A stretch of 64,000 bases of DNA. Origin: Pseudomonadota bacterium (lineage in GTDB: Bacteria > Desulfobacterota > Desulfobacteria > Desulfobacterales > RPRI01). Below the pieces are notes generated by a model. It was given only the letters and a program-made list of their open reading frames with translations, was not told where the DNA came from and searched no databases. Both the position numbers and the translations under genes were made by a program. The stretch's first letter is position 1. Each line of letters begins with the position of its first letter. Shown in pieces: positions 10,257 through 19,343 of this stretch. The stretch covers positions 1-64,000 of the forward strand of contig JBDRRF010000057.1 of assembly GCA_043825875.1 (NCBI GenBank), given 5' to 3'.

Positions 10257-10660
10257 GGATGCCTCCTTAGGTTAAGATGATTGAAACAAAAAAATGCGGG
10301 CAAGAATCCATATGCAAATGGAATCCAACCGTATGAACCTCCCAAACTAAACAGATATCCTCCCCCAATAACGATCTGTCTCACATTACGGTCACAGAAC
10401 CGAATGTAGACTTAATATAAAGCAGAATTACCTACAGATAACCTACATATTAGGGAAAAAATAAAAGGCTGGATAAAAGATATCAACGCAATGTTCCGAT
10501 TTTCGCTACAATGGTATAGTTATAAGCGCAATCGGAACATTATTACGATAATGGTTTTTTTTATGTCGGGGAATTATCTTTCAATATTAATAGTTGGTAT
10601 ACTGAATCATTCATTACAAATTCAGTCGTAAAATATCATATAGACAATTTTTATCTTTGA

Positions 10661-11902
10661 TTACTGGCCGGTACCGGTATTTTCCAGTACGAATGTCCCG
10701 GCGGCAATTTCATGGTCAAGCTCTGTTAGTGCGCGACGCATCTGCTTTAATGCCTGTTTGATCCTGTTTTCGTTCTCCACCAGCGCAAGACGCAGGTAAC
10801 CGTCCCCCTCTTCTCCAAAACCAGCGCCTGGAGCAACCGCAACATTTGCCCGGTTCATCATTTCCACCGCAAACCGAACTGAACCCATCCGGGCATACGG
10901 TTCAGGGATAGCAACCCAGAGAAACATACCGGCCTTTGGCACCTGTACAGTCCATCCCATACGGATTAGTCCATCGCAAAGTACATCGCGGCGTTTCTGA
11001 TAAACCGTTACCTGCTCTTTAATACTATCGTCGCAGTCGCGCATTGCAACAATTCCGGCCACCTGAATCGCAGAAAAGATTCCGTAGTCATAATAACCCT
11101 TGATCTTGGCAAGCCCCTCGATCATTTCCTTGTTGCCGACACAGTATCCGAGACGCCAACCGGCCATGTTGTAAGATTTGGAAAAAGAGCCGAACTCCAC
11201 TCCGACATCAAGCGCGCCGGGAACTTCGAGAAAACTGGGAGCCACATACCCGTCATATGTGATCATAGAATAAGCAAAGTCATTTATCACCATGAAGTTA
11301 TACTCATTGGCAAGCTTGACGATCTCTACGAAAAATTCCTTCGTTGTGACTATCCCAGTCGGATTATGGGGATAGTTTAACATCAACAGCTTCGGTCCGG
11401 GATACAGGGCCTTGCACATGGTTGTAAGCTGCCTTAAGAAATCCTCCTCCGAGCCAAGGGCAATCCGCAAAACGCCTGCACCTGCGATCACCGCAGCATA
11501 AACATGAATCGGAAATGCTGGTGCCGGAACAAGGACGGTATCGCCCGGACCAAGTAGAGCAAGGCATAGATGCGAGATCCCCTCTTTTGAGCCTATGGTA
11601 CAAATCACATCATCAACTCCGTTTAAGGAGACATTGTAATGGCGCTCATAATAAAGAGCTATCTCGCGTTTAAGGTTTTTCATGCCTCCGGCTACCGGAT
11701 ACCTGTGGGTCTTCGGGTCAATCGCAACGTCACAAAGTTTTTCCGTCACCTGTTTCGGGGTAGGATCGATGGGATTGCCCATGCCCAGATCAATCACATC
11801 ATCTCCACTCCAGCGTTTTTCCATCTTTATCTTATTGATCATCCCGAACAGATAAGGCGGTAGCTGGTTCATGCGATCGGCAAAACGAATTTTATTTTCC
11901 AT
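10661..11902 (-). CDS. alaC: PLP class I/II aminotransferase, AlaC (glutamate-pyruvate aminotransferase) type
   Basis: LPPYLF, IDLGMGNP, IGSKEG, PIHVYAAVIAGA, SKSYNMAGWR, IPEPYARMGS, ALVENENRIKQA closely follow E. coli AlaC as I recall it; DapL-type not fully excluded. Confidence 0.75.
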   Translation of the reverse strand: MENKIRFADRMNQLPPYLFGMINKIKMEKRWSGDDVIDLGMGNPIDPTPKQVTEKLCDVAIDPKTHRYPVAGGMKNLKREIALYYERHYNVSLNGVDDVICTIGSKEGISHLCLALLGPGDTVLVPAPAFPIHVYAAVIAGAGVLRIALGSEEDFLRQLTTMCKALYPGPKLLMLNYPHNPTGIVTTKEFFVEIVKLANEYNFMVINDFAYSMITYDGYVAPSFLEVPGALDVGVEFGSFSKSYNMAGWRLGYCVGNKEMIEGLAKIKGYYDYGIFSAIQVAGIVAMRDCDDSIKEQVTVYQKRRDVLCDGLIRMGWTVQVPKAGMFLWVAIPEPYARMGSVRFAVEMMNRANVAVAPGAGFGEEGDGYLRLALVENENRIKQALKQMRRALTELDHEIAAGTFVLENTGTGQ

Positions 11903-11967
11903 TCTTTTATCCCCATTCAAGTTTTATTAAGTAAGACGCACACCAAAGCCGTTGGCAGATAGGATAT

Positions 11968-12000
11968 AACAAAAAACCCGAACCATTTTCCGATCCGGGC
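11968..12000 (-). terminator. Intrinsic terminator in the alaC 5' leader (candidate attenuator)
   Basis: Minus strand GCCCGGATCG-GAAAA-TGGTTCGGGT followed by TTTTTGTT, about 65 nt before the alaC ATG. Confidence 0.8.
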
Positions 12001-12076
12001 AAATAAACCACAGACCGGAGTTTCGGCCCATGGCATTCAGTCTCTTTTTATAATTGTATAGAAAAGCAGCTGAACG

Positions 12077-12130
12077 TCAATGGACCCCAAAGGCCAATGC
12101 CGCCGCTGCACATATATGATTTTTCTTCAT
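12077..12130 (-). CDS. Putative alanine-rich leader peptide MKKNHICAAAALAFGVH
   Basis: 17 codons with GCA GCG GCG GCA TTG GCC; AGGGA SD-like motif 7 nt upstream; lies between a promoter-like motif and the leader terminator. Confidence 0.7.
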   Translation of the reverse strand: MKKNHICAAAALAFGVH

Positions 12131-12221
12131 CTTTTGTTCCCTGTTTGTTTTCTCTTTAACCGTATCTTATCTAAAAGCATGTGCCTGAAAATTGTTCATT
12201 TTAAGATAAGATAGTCTGAAA

Positions 12222-12250
12222 TTCGTAGCAAGATAAGCCATATGTGTCAA
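12222..12250 (-). promoter_or_regulatory. Possible sigma-70 promoter for leader-alaC
   Basis: TTGACA-17 nt-TACGAA; the -10 is imperfect. Confidence 0.45.
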
Positions 12251-12309
12251 GATAAAATGACAGCAGGTTAGGGGGAAACCCCATTCAATTCTTTGCAGCT
12301 ATAGCATTA

Positions 12310-12651
12310 CTATTCTTCATCATCTTCAATTGCGCCACCGACTGTATCTATAATTACTGTGTGGCACTCGAAATCAAACCATTCATTAAATGTTTTTTTA
12401 TTTCTATTTTTTGGCCAAAGAGATTCATCTGTATACCAGCCTTCCAATTCATTCTCGAAAAGCATTTTGAAATTCAATGAAACCCATTTTCCAAAATTCT
12501 CTCCTTCTTCAACAGTTATTAAATATACAGTTCGATCTTCATTGGCGCTTTCCAATGTTATTTCCTTGTGATCTTCATACGGATCAGCTTCATTAATCCA
12601 CCGCACAAAGGGTTCTTTATATTTTAATATAATTGCGGCTCTATTTATCAT
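12310..12651 (-). CDS. Hypothetical acidic protein, integron cassette 4
   Basis: Likely start MINRAAIILK at 12651; the longer listed ORF reads through an attC. Confidence 0.75.
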   Translation of the reverse strand: MINRAAIILKYKEPFVRWINEADPYEDHKEITLESANEDRTVYLITVEEGENFGKWVSLNFKMLFENELEGWYTDESLWPKNRNKKTFNEWFDFECHTVIIDTVGGAIEDDEE

Positions 12652-12672
12652 TTTATTATTCCTATTTGAGTA

Positions 12673-12776
12673 AGATAATGTTGCTGGTGAGCAGCAACCC
12701 AAATAAGTGCCGACCTGCACAGCCTTCACGTAAAACCGCAATCTCCACGCCGTCTGCTCCACTATCTTGGTTAAAT
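12673..12776 (-). mobile_element. attC site with degenerate R'
   Basis: ATTTAAC..GTGGAGCAGACGGC....GTTGCTGCTCAC..aacATTATCT; its R'' ATTTAAC is complementary to GTTAAAT at the start of the same cassette. Confidence 0.75.
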
Positions 12777-12782
12777 ACCGCC

Positions 12783-13086
12783 CTAATTCAGAACTGCGAG
12801 CAAAATGAACAAGAGCAAATTCACTATTATGGACATTTTGCAGATTGTAATAATTTGAGTCGTCTTTTTTGCGGCTGTGTCGCCCGTTGCATGATACAAT
12901 TTTTTCAGATCGTCTTCAGCATAAAGGCAATTTGTTATCCAAATGTAGCTCTCCTTGTAAGATTTTTTTCCCATGTTTGTTCATTAAAATAGGAGTAATC
13001 ACAAAATAGCATACCCCGTATCCGATTAGGAAAGATACGAAAAACAAGAAAAGACTTATGAAGATCAAATATCCATAAATATTCAT
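12783..13086 (-). pseudogene. Frameshifted small two-TM membrane protein, cassette 3
   Basis: MNIYGYLIFISLFLFFVSFLIGYGVCYFVITPILMNKHGKK joins SYKESYIW...LLAVLN* if one A is removed from the A7 run at 12963-12969. Confidence 0.65.
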
Positions 13087-13095
13087 TTAATTTAC

Positions 13096-13159
13096 ATTTA
13101 ACTATGGGGCTCAAAGGCCGCACGTTTTTTGCGGTTCTTTTTGAAGCCGTATGCTATGC
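13096..13159 (-). mobile_element. attC site
   Basis: GCATAGC atacggcttcaaaaagaaccgc..gcggcctttgagcc ccata GTTAAAT; imperfect palindrome right after a stop codon. Confidence 0.75.
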
Positions 13160-13163
13160 TAAA

Positions 13164-13652
13164 TCATGGACCAACACTTCCACAAAAGTCAATCATTTTG
13201 CAATCTTTAAAAAGGAATCCTACTGTATGTTCTATATTCCACTTAGTTTCATAAGCTACCTCTATTTATCCTTTCTTCCCGTAAGAGTCTACCCAAACTC
13301 TCACTACACTAACAAAGGGCCATATTGCTTTAGGGCTTTCAATATTTGGACATTCTTCCATTAAATCACAGAATTCGCCAATATCAAATGCTTCTTTATA
13401 AGGGCTGTAATTTTCTTTAAATAGAATTCTTGCTAATTCATTTTTAATAGAGGGATAAAATTCTTCCAGTTTTTTTAGATTTTGAATGGAATCTAAAGAA
13501 GGTCCGTTTTTATCACCAGGGATGCGTATCTCGACGGATTCAGCACCAAATAATTTGCCGAAATTCCCTTTCCATTTTCCAAAACTGTGCGAGATTTCAC
13601 CGAAAACAGGATGCAAGATTGTATTTTTATTGAACAGTCCAAAAAGTGACAT
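13164..13652 (-). pseudogene. Hypothetical (immunity-like) protein with an in-frame TAA at 13266-13268, cassette 2
   Basis: Frame continues past the TAA as IEVAYETKWNIEHTVGFLFKDCKMIDFCGSVGP* and ends next to the attC. Confidence 0.7.
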
Positions 13653-13670
13653 ACTAATTTCCCTTTACGC

Positions 13671-13762
13671 GGGGTTCGTTTAAGATAGCTTGCCGCCCAC
13701 CGGAATGGCCCGCGATTAGCGCCGCCCAGCCTCTTGCGGTCAAGTTAAGCGCCTGGTTGGAC
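13671..13762 (-). mobile_element. attC site with degenerate R'
   Basis: GTCCAAC caggc GCTTAAC TTGACCGC...GCGGCAAG CTATCT taaac GAACCCC; R'' is complementary to GTTGGAC at 14352-14358. Confidence 0.75.
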
Positions 13763-13769
13763 ATTTATT

Positions 13770-14339
13770 TTATGAGTCACATGTTTGATATTCTATTTCG
13801 TCACCCACGAAACCAATGAACACCCAAAGGCTTGCCTTGGTGGTCGGTTCAAAACAGACTTCCCAGTGTTTGGGATCATTTTTCCAATGTTCATGATCCA
13901 ATGATAGACCAGTTAACTCAAATTGATCTCTAACAGGGAGTTCAGGATCGAGATATTTTCGCTCCTTACAAACAACCCGTAATGTTTCCTCACACGAATT
14001 CCAGATTTTTTCGAGATCATGTTTTTTGGATAGCAAGAATTTTTTAGCTTCAGGGTATGGCCCTTCTGGAGTGCCTGGAATTGAGCTGAAACCCAAACGC
14101 GCTTTATGCTCAGGAATGTCGATATCATGATCAGTCTGCCAAATGCCGGTTTCTTCTCCATCGTAAGTGATTTCTCCAAACTTAGGATCAATTATTTTTG
14201 AAATTATTGAAGAGGAATTGACTTTGGGAAACAATACTTCTTTGATGTTGTCACCATCGCAAACTATATATTTTAAAACGAAATAGCCTACGATTGAGAT
14301 TGTGGAAATGACTATTAGTGCTGCGCTTAATGACGACAT
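13770..14339 (-). CDS. Membrane-anchored hypothetical protein, cassette 1
   Basis: N-terminal TM helix; bounded by GTTGGAC and GTCCAAC. Confidence 0.75.
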   Translation of the reverse strand: MSSLSAALIVISTISIVGYFVLKYIVCDGDNIKEVLFPKVNSSSIISKIIDPKFGEITYDGEETGIWQTDHDIDIPEHKARLGFSSIPGTPEGPYPEAKKFLLSKKHDLEKIWNSCEETLRVVCKERKYLDPELPVRDQFELTGLSLDHEHWKNDPKHWEVCFEPTTKASLWVFIGFVGDEIEYQTCDS

Positions 14340-14351
14340 TATTCTTTCTCT

Positions 14352-14385
14352 GTCCAACAATTAGTATACGTTATACATATTTTAT
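14352..14385 (-). mobile_element. Putative attI-like site heading the cassette array
   Basis: TATAACGTATACTAATT-GTTGGAC core with no attC palindrome upstream. Confidence 0.45.
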
Positions 14386-14541
14386 ATACTATAAATCAAT
14401 CTATCTGTTAGCTGCTATTTCATATAAAATAATACCTATGAAAAATCAAATAATTATTATTGAAGGCTATTGAATGATTATGCATAATGTGTTTATTATT
14501 ATTTTATTAGATTTACTACTTTCGGATAAGGCATAAATCAT

Positions 14542-16281
14542 ATGTTCGGATGGTGCGGTAAAATACTTAAAATAGATCTTGGGACAAAAAGATTTAAAGC
14601 CATTACTCCCGATCCTGATATTCTGACAAAGTTTATCGGCGGAAGAGGTCTTGCGGGATATTTTCTTAAAGAACATATCACTCTTAACTGGGATGATCCT
14701 GATATGCCCATTCTATTTTTTACCGGCCCTCTTGCAAATACTACATCTCCTTTTTCAGGTTTTATAAATATCATGTCCCGCTCTCCGCTTACAGGAACTG
14801 TCGGCGATGCATCCGTTGGAGGAGATTTTGGAACCCAGCTTAAAAAAGCAGGATTTGACGGAATCATAATTACCGGCAAATCCGATACGCTTTGTGGTAT
14901 AGAAATTCATAACAGTAAAGTAAATATCTCTTCCGCTGTTCACATGGCACAAATGCTTACAGGCAAAACCTCATTATTATTAAAAGATAAGGGCTCAAGC
15001 GCTGTAATCGGACCCGCAGCAGAAAACGGCGTTTTATTTTCAAATATCATTTTTGACAGCAATATTGCCGGATGCAGAAACGGGCTTGGGCTTTGTTTTG
15101 CGGCAAAAAACCTGAAATACATTACTGTTAAAGGTACAAAGAAAACAAAGATATCCGATAGCAAACAACTTGAAAAATCAAAAGAAGATATCTTAAGATT
15201 GGTTTCTGCTTCTCCCGTACTTTCAGGCAATTTCGGGATTTCAAAATTCGGGACAGCCGCTCTTTTTGATCTTATAAATGACAGACGCATGTTGCCAACA
15301 GATAATTTCAGGCATACTTATTTTAAAGACGCACATTTGCTTAATGCACCTTTATTAAAAAAATTATACTCCCCAAAAGACAAGAGCTGCCCGGAATGCA
15401 ATATCATGTGCAAAAAGATTATGCGAAACGGCACAAGCATACCGGAGTTTGAAACTCTTTCGCATTTTTCCGCATTAATCGGCAATACCGATATCAAAAC
15501 TGTTATTTCTGCAAATAAATTCTGCAATGAAGCAGGGATGGATACAATTTCAGCAGCATCAACCATTGCTTGCTTTTCGGAAATTAACGAGAAAAAACTA
15601 AACCCTTCTGAAATATTAAATCTTCTTTCAGATATAGCTAGTAAAAAAGGAGAAGGCAAATTACTAAGTCTTGGCGCTGCAAGATATGCAAAGATGAGGG
15701 GTTGTCCCGATATTGCAATGGCAGTAAAAAACCAGGAGCTTTCTTCCTATGACCCGCGCGGAGCTTATGGCATGGCTTTGGCCTATGCTGTTTCTACAAG
15801 GGGAGGATGCCATTTGAGCGCATACCCGGTAAGCTATGAAATATTAAGAAAGCCTGTGGCAATAGACCGTTTTAGCTTTGAAGGAAAGGCAAGAATAATA
15901 AAAAACAGCGAAGATTTAAATGCCGTAGTCGATTCACTTGCAGTATGCAGATTCGTATTTTTTTCAGCTTCCATGGAAGAATATGCCGGTGTTTTCCATG
16001 CGGTAACAGGCATAAACTTAACAGCCAATGAATTAATAAAGGCAGGAGAACGTATTTGCTACAATGAGCGCATGATGAATGCTGCAAACGGCTTTTCGGC
16101 AAAAGACGACGATCTGCCTTCCCGTTTTTTTAATTCTTACGGCTATAAAGGATCTGATATTAATATAAGTCCGATTGACCGTAAAAGTTTTTTTAAAGCA
16201 AGAACAAATTATTACAAGGCACGAGGTCTTGATAAGAAAGGATTGCCCGTTGCCGAAACCGTACAAGAACTTGGGCTTTAA
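14542..16281 (+). CDS. Aldehyde:ferredoxin oxidoreductase family (W/Mo-pterin) protein
   Basis: FIGGRGLA, SPLTG, IGPAAEN, CxxCxxxC, MDTIS, YDPRG, RGGCHL. Confidence 0.92.
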   Translation: MFGWCGKILKIDLGTKRFKAITPDPDILTKFIGGRGLAGYFLKEHITLNWDDPDMPILFFTGPLANTTSPFSGFINIMSRSPLTGTVGDASVGGDFGTQLKKAGFDGIIITGKSDTLCGIEIHNSKVNISSAVHMAQMLTGKTSLLLKDKGSSAVIGPAAENGVLFSNIIFDSNIAGCRNGLGLCFAAKNLKYITVKGTKKTKISDSKQLEKSKEDILRLVSASPVLSGNFGISKFGTAALFDLINDRRMLPTDNFRHTYFKDAHLLNAPLLKKLYSPKDKSCPECNIMCKKIMRNGTSIPEFETLSHFSALIGNTDIKTVISANKFCNEAGMDTISAASTIACFSEINEKKLNPSEILNLLSDIASKKGEGKLLSLGAARYAKMRGCPDIAMAVKNQELSSYDPRGAYGMALAYAVSTRGGCHLSAYPVSYEILRKPVAIDRFSFEGKARIIKNSEDLNAVVDSLAVCRFVFFSASMEEYAGVFHAVTGINLTANELIKAGERICYNERMMNAANGFSAKDDDLPSRFFNSYGYKGSDINISPIDRKSFFKARTNYYKARGLDKKGLPVAETVQELGL

Positions 16282-16284
16282 AAT

Positions 16285-17436
16285 ATGAAACAAGTACTTT
16301 CCAAATATGAAAAGAAACTCGAAAAAAGCGGGCTTGTAGAAAAAAACACCGCTCTTCTCGGAATACTGGATGCAGACATCAAATGGAATAAAAAAGATAA
16401 GGCAACCGGGATTCTTGAGAAAATATTTTATAGTTTAAATATTAACTCGCTCATATTTTCAAAACCCAAAGAACCCTATTTTTCCATCATAAATTATCTT
16501 GCAAAAAACTCAGATGGTACAATACAGCCAAGCGATTGCGAAACCAGAACCTTTTTTCATGATCTTCCCATATCTTTTACATTCAATATCGATGAAATAA
16601 TATCAAAGCTTAAAAAGAGAAAATGCGTTATTATCCCTGGTTATGGCATTATAACTACAGGCACAGTAAGCATTGAGCAGGCATTTATCACATATTCGTC
16701 TGTTTGCTTTTCATGTTTCGTTAAATTTTTCTCGGATTTTCTTTACGCGATAAAGTCAAACAAAGCCGATAAAAACTTTAAAAGGATTTTTGAAAAAGTA
16801 ATAACATTTGTCAGCCCTCCGGAAATTTTGGCTCCCGATTTGAAGCAGGCTCCGTTTAATTCGGACGCACAAGTACTTGATGCTTTGGTTGAAGCCGGAA
16901 AGCTTATAGTTGATCTTAAGCTTGTTGATTCTTTTTTCGGCAATATTTCGTATTGCTATAATGATACTTTGTTTATAAGCCAGACAGGAAGTTCTCTTGA
17001 TGAGCTCAACGGATGCATAGATTTATGCCCCTTAGACGGATCAACATGTTCCGGCATAACCGCTTCAAGCGAATTTCCGGCTCATCTCGATATAATAAAA
17101 AAAACCGGACACAAAGCAATTTTGCATGGGCATCCAAAATTTAGTGTTATACTTTCATTGGATTGCGATATAATAGATTGCACAAGTAAAGGTTTATGCC
17201 ATATCAAATGCCCATATGAAAGACAAATAAACGGGATTCCGGTTGTCTCAGGTGAAGTGGGTTCAGGCGCATGCGGACTTTGCAATACGGTTCCTGATGC
17301 AATAACAGATAAACCGGGAGTAATTATTTACGGCCATGGTATTTTCACAAGCGGTGTAAGTGATTTCAACGAGCCTTTCATAAACCTGCTTAAAATAGAA
17401 AACAACTGCTATAAAGAATACTTCAACAAAATTTAG
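16285..17436 (+). CDS. Class II aldolase/adducin family protein with two aldolase-like halves
   Basis: GNIS, ASSEFPAH, AILHGHP, GHG in the C-half; degenerate N-half (IPGYGIIT.G.S...AF). Confidence 0.8.
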   Translation: MKQVLSKYEKKLEKSGLVEKNTALLGILDADIKWNKKDKATGILEKIFYSLNINSLIFSKPKEPYFSIINYLAKNSDGTIQPSDCETRTFFHDLPISFTFNIDEIISKLKKRKCVIIPGYGIITTGTVSIEQAFITYSSVCFSCFVKFFSDFLYAIKSNKADKNFKRIFEKVITFVSPPEILAPDLKQAPFNSDAQVLDALVEAGKLIVDLKLVDSFFGNISYCYNDTLFISQTGSSLDELNGCIDLCPLDGSTCSGITASSEFPAHLDIIKKTGHKAILHGHPKFSVILSLDCDIIDCTSKGLCHIKCPYERQINGIPVVSGEVGSGACGLCNTVPDAITDKPGVIIYGHGIFTSGVSDFNEPFINLLKIENNCYKEYFNKI

Positions 17437-18308
17437 ACTCTGCCGCCGCTCCATCTTAACTTCGTTTTCAAAACATCAAAATAATCCTGACCCGGAACAG
17501 TTATCATCTTAATCGGTTTTACGCCTTTTTGTATAACCAGAACATCTTTTTTGTTTATCTTCATTCCCTGCTGGCCGTCAAATGTAAGCATAATATTGGA
17601 TAGCGGCTTTTCCAGTTTGATTTTAATAATTGATGTATCAGGAATAATCAGTGGCCGGTTAGTCAATGTAAAAGGACAAATGGGCGTCATTATTATCGCC
17701 GGAACGGAAGGATGTACAACCGGCCCGCCTGCTGCAAGGGAATAAGCGGTCGATCCTGTGGTAGTTGCGACAATAAGCCCGTCAGCCCTGTATGTAGTAA
17801 GATAATGATCGTTTATATATGTCTGAATATGCGCAAGTCTTGCAAGTGCTCCCTTGTTGATTACAATATCATTTAAAACCGATTCGCAGACAATTTCCTT
17901 ATTGTTTCGAAAAACCTTAACAAGAAGGCGCATCCTGGAACTGGTAGAGAACCTGTTAGCAAGAACAGCTTCAACAGCATCATAGAGTTGATCTTCGGAT
18001 GTTTCTGCAAGAAATCCTACATCTCCGAATTTCACACCAAGAACAGGGATATCCTGATCTCCTATCCAGCGAACGGCGGTAAGAAAAGTACCATCACCGC
18101 CCAGCACCAATACGCAACAAAGACCGGCCGGAGCTTTTTTCTTTATCTTATCGGAAAATATAGGGCTTGGGGGCAGATATTCTTTCCTGACAACTTTTAC
18201 TTTTTTTGCGATCAGCCATTTTTCAAGCTCATCGGCTTTTTCTTCAGCCCTGAGATCCTTTTTAACAACTAAACCTATTTTTATACCTTTAACGGAATGT
18301 TTGTTCAA
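17433..18308 (-). CDS. nadK: NAD kinase
   Basis: GGDGTFL, LND, DGLIVATTTGSTAYSLAAGGP. Confidence 0.95.
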   Translation of the reverse strand: MNKHSVKGIKIGLVVKKDLRAEEKADELEKWLIAKKVKVVRKEYLPPSPIFSDKIKKKAPAGLCCVLVLGGDGTFLTAVRWIGDQDIPVLGVKFGDVGFLAETSEDQLYDAVEAVLANRFSTSSRMRLLVKVFRNNKEIVCESVLNDIVINKGALARLAHIQTYINDHYLTTYRADGLIVATTTGSTAYSLAAGGPVVHPSVPAIIMTPICPFTLTNRPLIIPDTSIIKIKLEKPLSNIMLTFDGQQGMKINKKDVLVIQKGVKPIKMITVPGQDYFDVLKTKLRWSGGRV

Positions 18309-18384
18309 AACTTAGCCACTCCCTTTAAAATTTCATCCAAATATTTGCTTTCATATATCAAAAACATTAACTACAGAGCCAGTT

Positions 18385-19341
18385 TCAAAGCGATCGTATT
18401 TCCTGCCTCATAAATATCGTATATGAAACGGCAAAACAAATAATTGTAAGAGCTATCAGTGAAACAATATAAGGCATAACGATTAATATGCTTTGCATCA
18501 ATGGTAATGGCCCGGAAAATCGTGAAAGAGAGGCCTTTTCCATACGGCCCACGGCAATAAATGTCTGGGTGGTTTTCCGTGTGGGATCTATAATTGTAGC
18601 AGTTGCATCTGTATAAAGATACATCGGCGACATCAGAGAAAATTTATTTATCATTTTCGAACGCAAGTAATCAGCTTCAGGCCCTGAAACAGTTTTTTCC
18701 GGCATCAAAGCATCAGCAACAACGCTTACTCCTATACTCACAAAAAATGAAAAGAATATCCATACTGCCAATGCTGCCAAAGCCGATGTTGCAGTGCTGC
18801 GAAATAAAATCGAAAATAAAATGGAAACCCCCAGCCAGAAAGAAATATATATAATACTTATTAAAAGATATATAAAAATTCTCCAGATTTCTTCGATACC
18901 GGGTACTATTCCTAAGACAAGAAGTCCAAGCCCGATAATCACAAGCACAATAGAAACCATCATAATGGAAATCAATGACACTCCAGCAAGAAATTTGGCA
19001 TTTATAACAGTATCTCTGTAAATCGGTTGTGCAAGAAGTTTGCTAAGTGTGCCTTCATTTCTTTCCCGGTTGATTGTATCAAATCCCAAAAGCAGCCCGA
19101 TCAAAGGTCCAAAAAAAGCAACAAACTGCACTAAAGAAAAAAGACCTCCTGAAGATGTAAACAGCATCAGAAAAACAAATTGAGGTTTCGCAACTCCTTC
19201 GAGTTCCTTTCTGATATTAATGCCTATCATATAGACAGTAATCAGACTTACCATTGCAATCAAAGCAAATATGATGGTGAAACGATAGCTGCTGATATGA
19301 TCGGATAATTCTTTTTTTATTATAGCTTTAAGGCGTTGCAT
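18385..19341 (-). CDS. ABC-2 type permease
   Basis: Multiple TMs; ERNEGTL..LL..P..R motif. Confidence 0.88.
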   Translation of the reverse strand: MQRLKAIIKKELSDHISSYRFTIIFALIAMVSLITVYMIGINIRKELEGVAKPQFVFLMLFTSSGGLFSLVQFVAFFGPLIGLLLGFDTINRERNEGTLSKLLAQPIYRDTVINAKFLAGVSLISIMMVSIVLVIIGLGLLVLGIVPGIEEIWRIFIYLLISIIYISFWLGVSILFSILFRSTATSALAALAVWIFFSFFVSIGVSVVADALMPEKTVSGPEADYLRSKMINKFSLMSPMYLYTDATATIIDPTRKTTQTFIAVGRMEKASLSRFSGPLPLMQSILIVMPYIVSLIALTIICFAVSYTIFMRQEIRSL

Positions 19342-19343
19342 AT

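Noticed and set aside
12260..12309. Fourth attC after cassette 4
   Set aside because: Only a vague CTATAGC; no matching arm or GTT core.
12652..12762. N-terminal extension of the listed 150-aa ORF
   Set aside because: It translates an attC palindrome; the plausible start is the ATG at 12651.
13266..13268. Programmed stop read-through or recoding
   Set aside because: The stop is TAA, not TGA or TAG, and no recoding structure is evident; a nonsense mutation is simpler.
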